A stretch of 64,000 nt of DNA from Psammoneis japonica (Eukaryota): positions 139,311-203,310 of the forward strand of contig QPGO01000034.1 of NCBI GenBank assembly GCA_008632985.1. Reading direction: 5' to 3'. Below the pieces are notes generated by a model that saw only the letters and a program-made list of their open reading frames with translations, was not told the origin of the DNA and ran no database searches. Position numbers and translations under genes: made by a program. The number at the start of each line of letters is the position of its first letter. Within the stretch, counting starts at the first letter, position 1. Shown in pieces: positions 60,950 to 64,000 of the stretch.

Positions 60950-63270
60950 AAGAAATTTAGCCATTGGCTAAAAACAGCAGCCGTTCTATGCAACAAAAGT
61001 GGCCCACAGAGCAAAATCAAGTCGGTACCATCTCTATGTCGTGCAGTGCTGCAGAATCGAATGCATTTTCTGCGGCTTCACGCCAACAAACAATCATTTT
61101 CTCTCGAGGAATTTTAACAATGTTTCCCACGTAAACTCTTGATGAACTAGACCCGCAAAAACTGGCTCGAAAACCCATGCAGTTTCGCCATGCCCGTGCC
61201 TCGCGTCCACTTCCTGCACCGCATCGTGCGCTGTCAATTGGAACACCCAACAGCAACCCCCCAACATACTCCAGACAATCTCCACGGCATGTACCAACAA
61301 GATATCCATACTCTTTCGAATCAACATTGCCAAAGATGGTCATGCGGCGTCAATACGACCGATCTATGACGCCAATGTTGACGGGTCATAATCACGCCAG
61401 AAAAGATGCCTCTCAGTTTCTGGTCTTGTTTTTTCCTCAGCTTACGATCTCCACTTGCCCATTTTTAACCGCTGATGATTCAGTACATTATGAGCCATGT
61501 CCTTGAAATGGGCAAGTGGACACCGATGTTATACCATCCTGAGACGCGTTGCTTCCGACGGTGCTGGCTTCCAGCTTCATGGTTGTCATTTCCACGAGCT
61601 CGAATTTAATGTTTTTAGGAGCCCGGATCGTTGCAAGCAAATCGTTGCAAACTTGATTGCACCTCCACTTTTTGGCGGGCAGAGGCTTGCTACGAGCTCT
61701 TTCACGTACTCCCTGAAATCTACCGGTACACGCACAGCTTATATGGATCGGGTTCCCCATTAAGACGACAGTGGCGGTGTCGTTGCATAGACGTGCAAAC
61801 CTTCATATATCACGTATGAGTTACTAGTGCATAAAGTTCATCGCTTGCAAGTGAGTATGAAAGCCTGCAGTGACCGTCCATCCTTTTCGCGCCATTGTCT
61901 TCAAGATCTTCCCTGACGACTTGATAAGCAGATGATTGAATTTGATTGTTGCATTGTTGGACAGCGACCGCAGTGTAGCGCTGGGGACCGGCACAGCACT
62001 TCTTCCGTCCGTCTTCATTTCATTTTTGAAGTTCATCGGCATGTGCGTATGGTCCAAAGAGAAAGGTTTATGGGGAAAACGAATTAACGAGTTTTGGGTA
62101 CCTATGGTACGGAATACGGAAAGGTAATCTTTGTATTTGATAAACGGCTGGGTTTTGTGTATTGTACCTTGTGGATTCGAGACTATGACGAAAGAGTATC
62201 TTCTTGAACAATTTCTTTTCAAAAACCCATGAAAGCCAAATTTATATGCTTAAATTTCTGAGTCTCAAAGGTTGAGAGCATCCGAACGCCATGCTGAGTG
62301 TTTGCCATCTCGCGGACAGTACTCCTCGATGGCAGTATTTCTGAATTGATGGGTGCTAGATGAAAACTGCTATTAGAAAGGCAGTTGGAGGAGTTTTTCG
62401 TTAGCAACGAGCGTGAATCTCACCGCCCGATTGCTAGTAGGCTCCACCAAACGATGTCGTGTGTGTTTGACGCTCTTCCTCCAGTAACCTGATCCCGCTA
62501 ACCTTGGTTGTGTGTGACGTGTAGGTGACGTTGAAGCGAAGATGGTCCGGCCAGTCGGTCAAAGCCTGTACTGGATGTAGAACGAAACTGCTTAGGGAAT
62601 CTACAACGCCCGAACCAGCAACACTATTGCTTTTGAATTCATTACTCGAACTGTAAGGTATTTCTCTTGCCTGTTTTGTCATCGTCGTTGGAAGACTTTT
62701 GCATCCTTTTTCGGCTCTGTATAAATGAGACATATGGAGACCTTCATGCGGATGCAATATGAATGTCATACTTTGACAAGGGAGGGGTTTCATTAGCAAT
62801 TGTGCCACTTTTGCTTTTGCGGAAAATGTGTTTGCGTCGATTGCTTCACGGGCAGCCGCTATGCACAGTCTTTGTGTGTGCTGCTTGTTTGCTTTGGTGG
62901 CAAGCCCCAACGGCCAATTGTCAGTCCTCCGCCCTAAATCTTTCTTTCTCGGTGCTCATCAATGTCAGGGATATACAAACTGATGGAAAGTCTTTCTCGA
63001 CAGTTCGAAAAGCAGGTCTCGGGATTATTGACGACACACCTCTGTCCCACTTTTTGATGCGCTGCCGCGATGGTGCTGCTCAAGTCGTAGCCAAACGCAC
63101 ATTGGACTCTCTCCAATTGGCGAAAGCGAATTTGCAGCAGTCCGACGATGCAAAGTTGTGTTGGACTTGATCGGCCGCTTTTGGAGCGACCCGAGTGAGA
63201 TTCCTAGAAACGGCACTTGGGATGGCTCGCCTACAAGATATTGAAACGATTGCTGAAGCCATTGACTCAA
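60950..63270 (-). pseudogene. Possible fragmented or decayed gene of unknown family
   Basis: A run of short protein-like minus-strand ORFs in shifting frames with normal TA/CG content. No motif recognised. Confidence 0.3.
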
Positions 63271-63580
63271 ATGGCTAGTCTGAAACGTAAAAAATTAGGA
63301 TCAGAGATGCGCGTAGAGTTGGCAGGAATCTATGCCTAAGCCAGGGATGGGAGAACGAAGTTTCAAATTTTACGTTCATCATACGAAACGAAATCAGTAG
63401 GATAGTTCAGTAGATAGGATATTTCAAATTATCTCGTAAGTCTTCCAAAATGTGAGGTTCTGCCATTAGATTATTCAATCGACGATGAGGCTGGTTTCTC
63501 TTTTCATCCTTTTTTCTAATGAAACTGGAGGTTCAATCACAAATAACATGTTTCACGATCTTCTCGCTCGGAGTGTCTTT

Positions 63581-64000
63581 TTAATACACAACCGGACTAA
63601 TGGGCGCTGCTCTTTCGAAGAAAGGAGAATTAATATATGCTTCCCATAGCACAAGAAGAAAGATACCTATCCATGCGCCTGCCTCCAAAACCTAAAGTTG
63701 GGTAGGCGGCTCAGAAGTGAGGGTCGAACGAATGATATCTGACAACATCTAATTCCGCCCACGTTAGACAATCAACAAACCTTGACGGGATCGAGATTTC
63801 CATCCTTAACAAGCTCTCCTACAAATGGGAAGGGTGGTAAAGACGACAAAATATCACTCTGCTCCTCTTCTTTCTCGGCGATTGCAGCAGCCCTCCTCGC
63901 TTCCTGTCGAGCTCTCTTTTTGCCCATTTTCGGGGTTCCCAAGTCAGATGGCGCATCGCGGAAGTCCCCTAAATTTGGTAGCTCCATTTCCGGTTCATCA
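63581..64000 (-). CDS. 3' part of a hypothetical membrane protein, 5' end outside the window; intron 63692-63780
   Basis: ...DGNLDPVK|VLEAGAWIGIFF..VLWEAYINSPFFERAAPISPVVY*. GT-AG intron; one apparent frameshift in a ttc run. Confidence 0.65.

Noticed and set aside
1..64000. Classical RIP as the cause of repeat decay
   Set aside because: RIP converts CA to TA and enriches TpA; here TpA is depleted and CA/TG are enriched.

Overview
This is eukaryotic nuclear DNA, most likely from a diatom. It has short GT-AG introns, diatom-style gene families and a bipartite plastid-targeting leader. Compact gene blocks alternate with sharply bounded islands of decayed transposable elements (TEs). The genes include two head-to-head secretory-type kinase paralogs, a PhyH-like dioxygenase/beta-propeller fusion, DUF179, prolyl 4-hydroxylase, a BTB protein, SAE1, YAF9, BET5, TruA and VPS26, plus DBP4 and eIF5B pseudogenes. 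The TE islands hold two CRE-like RLE retrotransposons and a Sola2-like DNA transposon interrupted by an Ambal-like APE-RT-RNase H LINE with a 14-bp target-site duplication (TSD). There is also a ~1-kb foldback. The main signal is that the TE islands have lost almost all TpA as well as CpG, both converted to TpG/CpA. Conserved Tyr codons read Cys or His, paired duplicates show TA->TG/CA directly, and YTAR sites are relatively spared. In the youngest element TpA loss runs ahead of CpG loss, while non-TE pseudogenes are untouched. This looks like a repeat- or heterochromatin-targeted A:T->G:C hypermutation, opposite in direction to fungal RIP, unless it is a modified-base sequencing artefact. Several genes also carry single-base homopolymer deletions, which are probably long-read assembly errors. 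All family assignments come from recalled motifs, not database searches.
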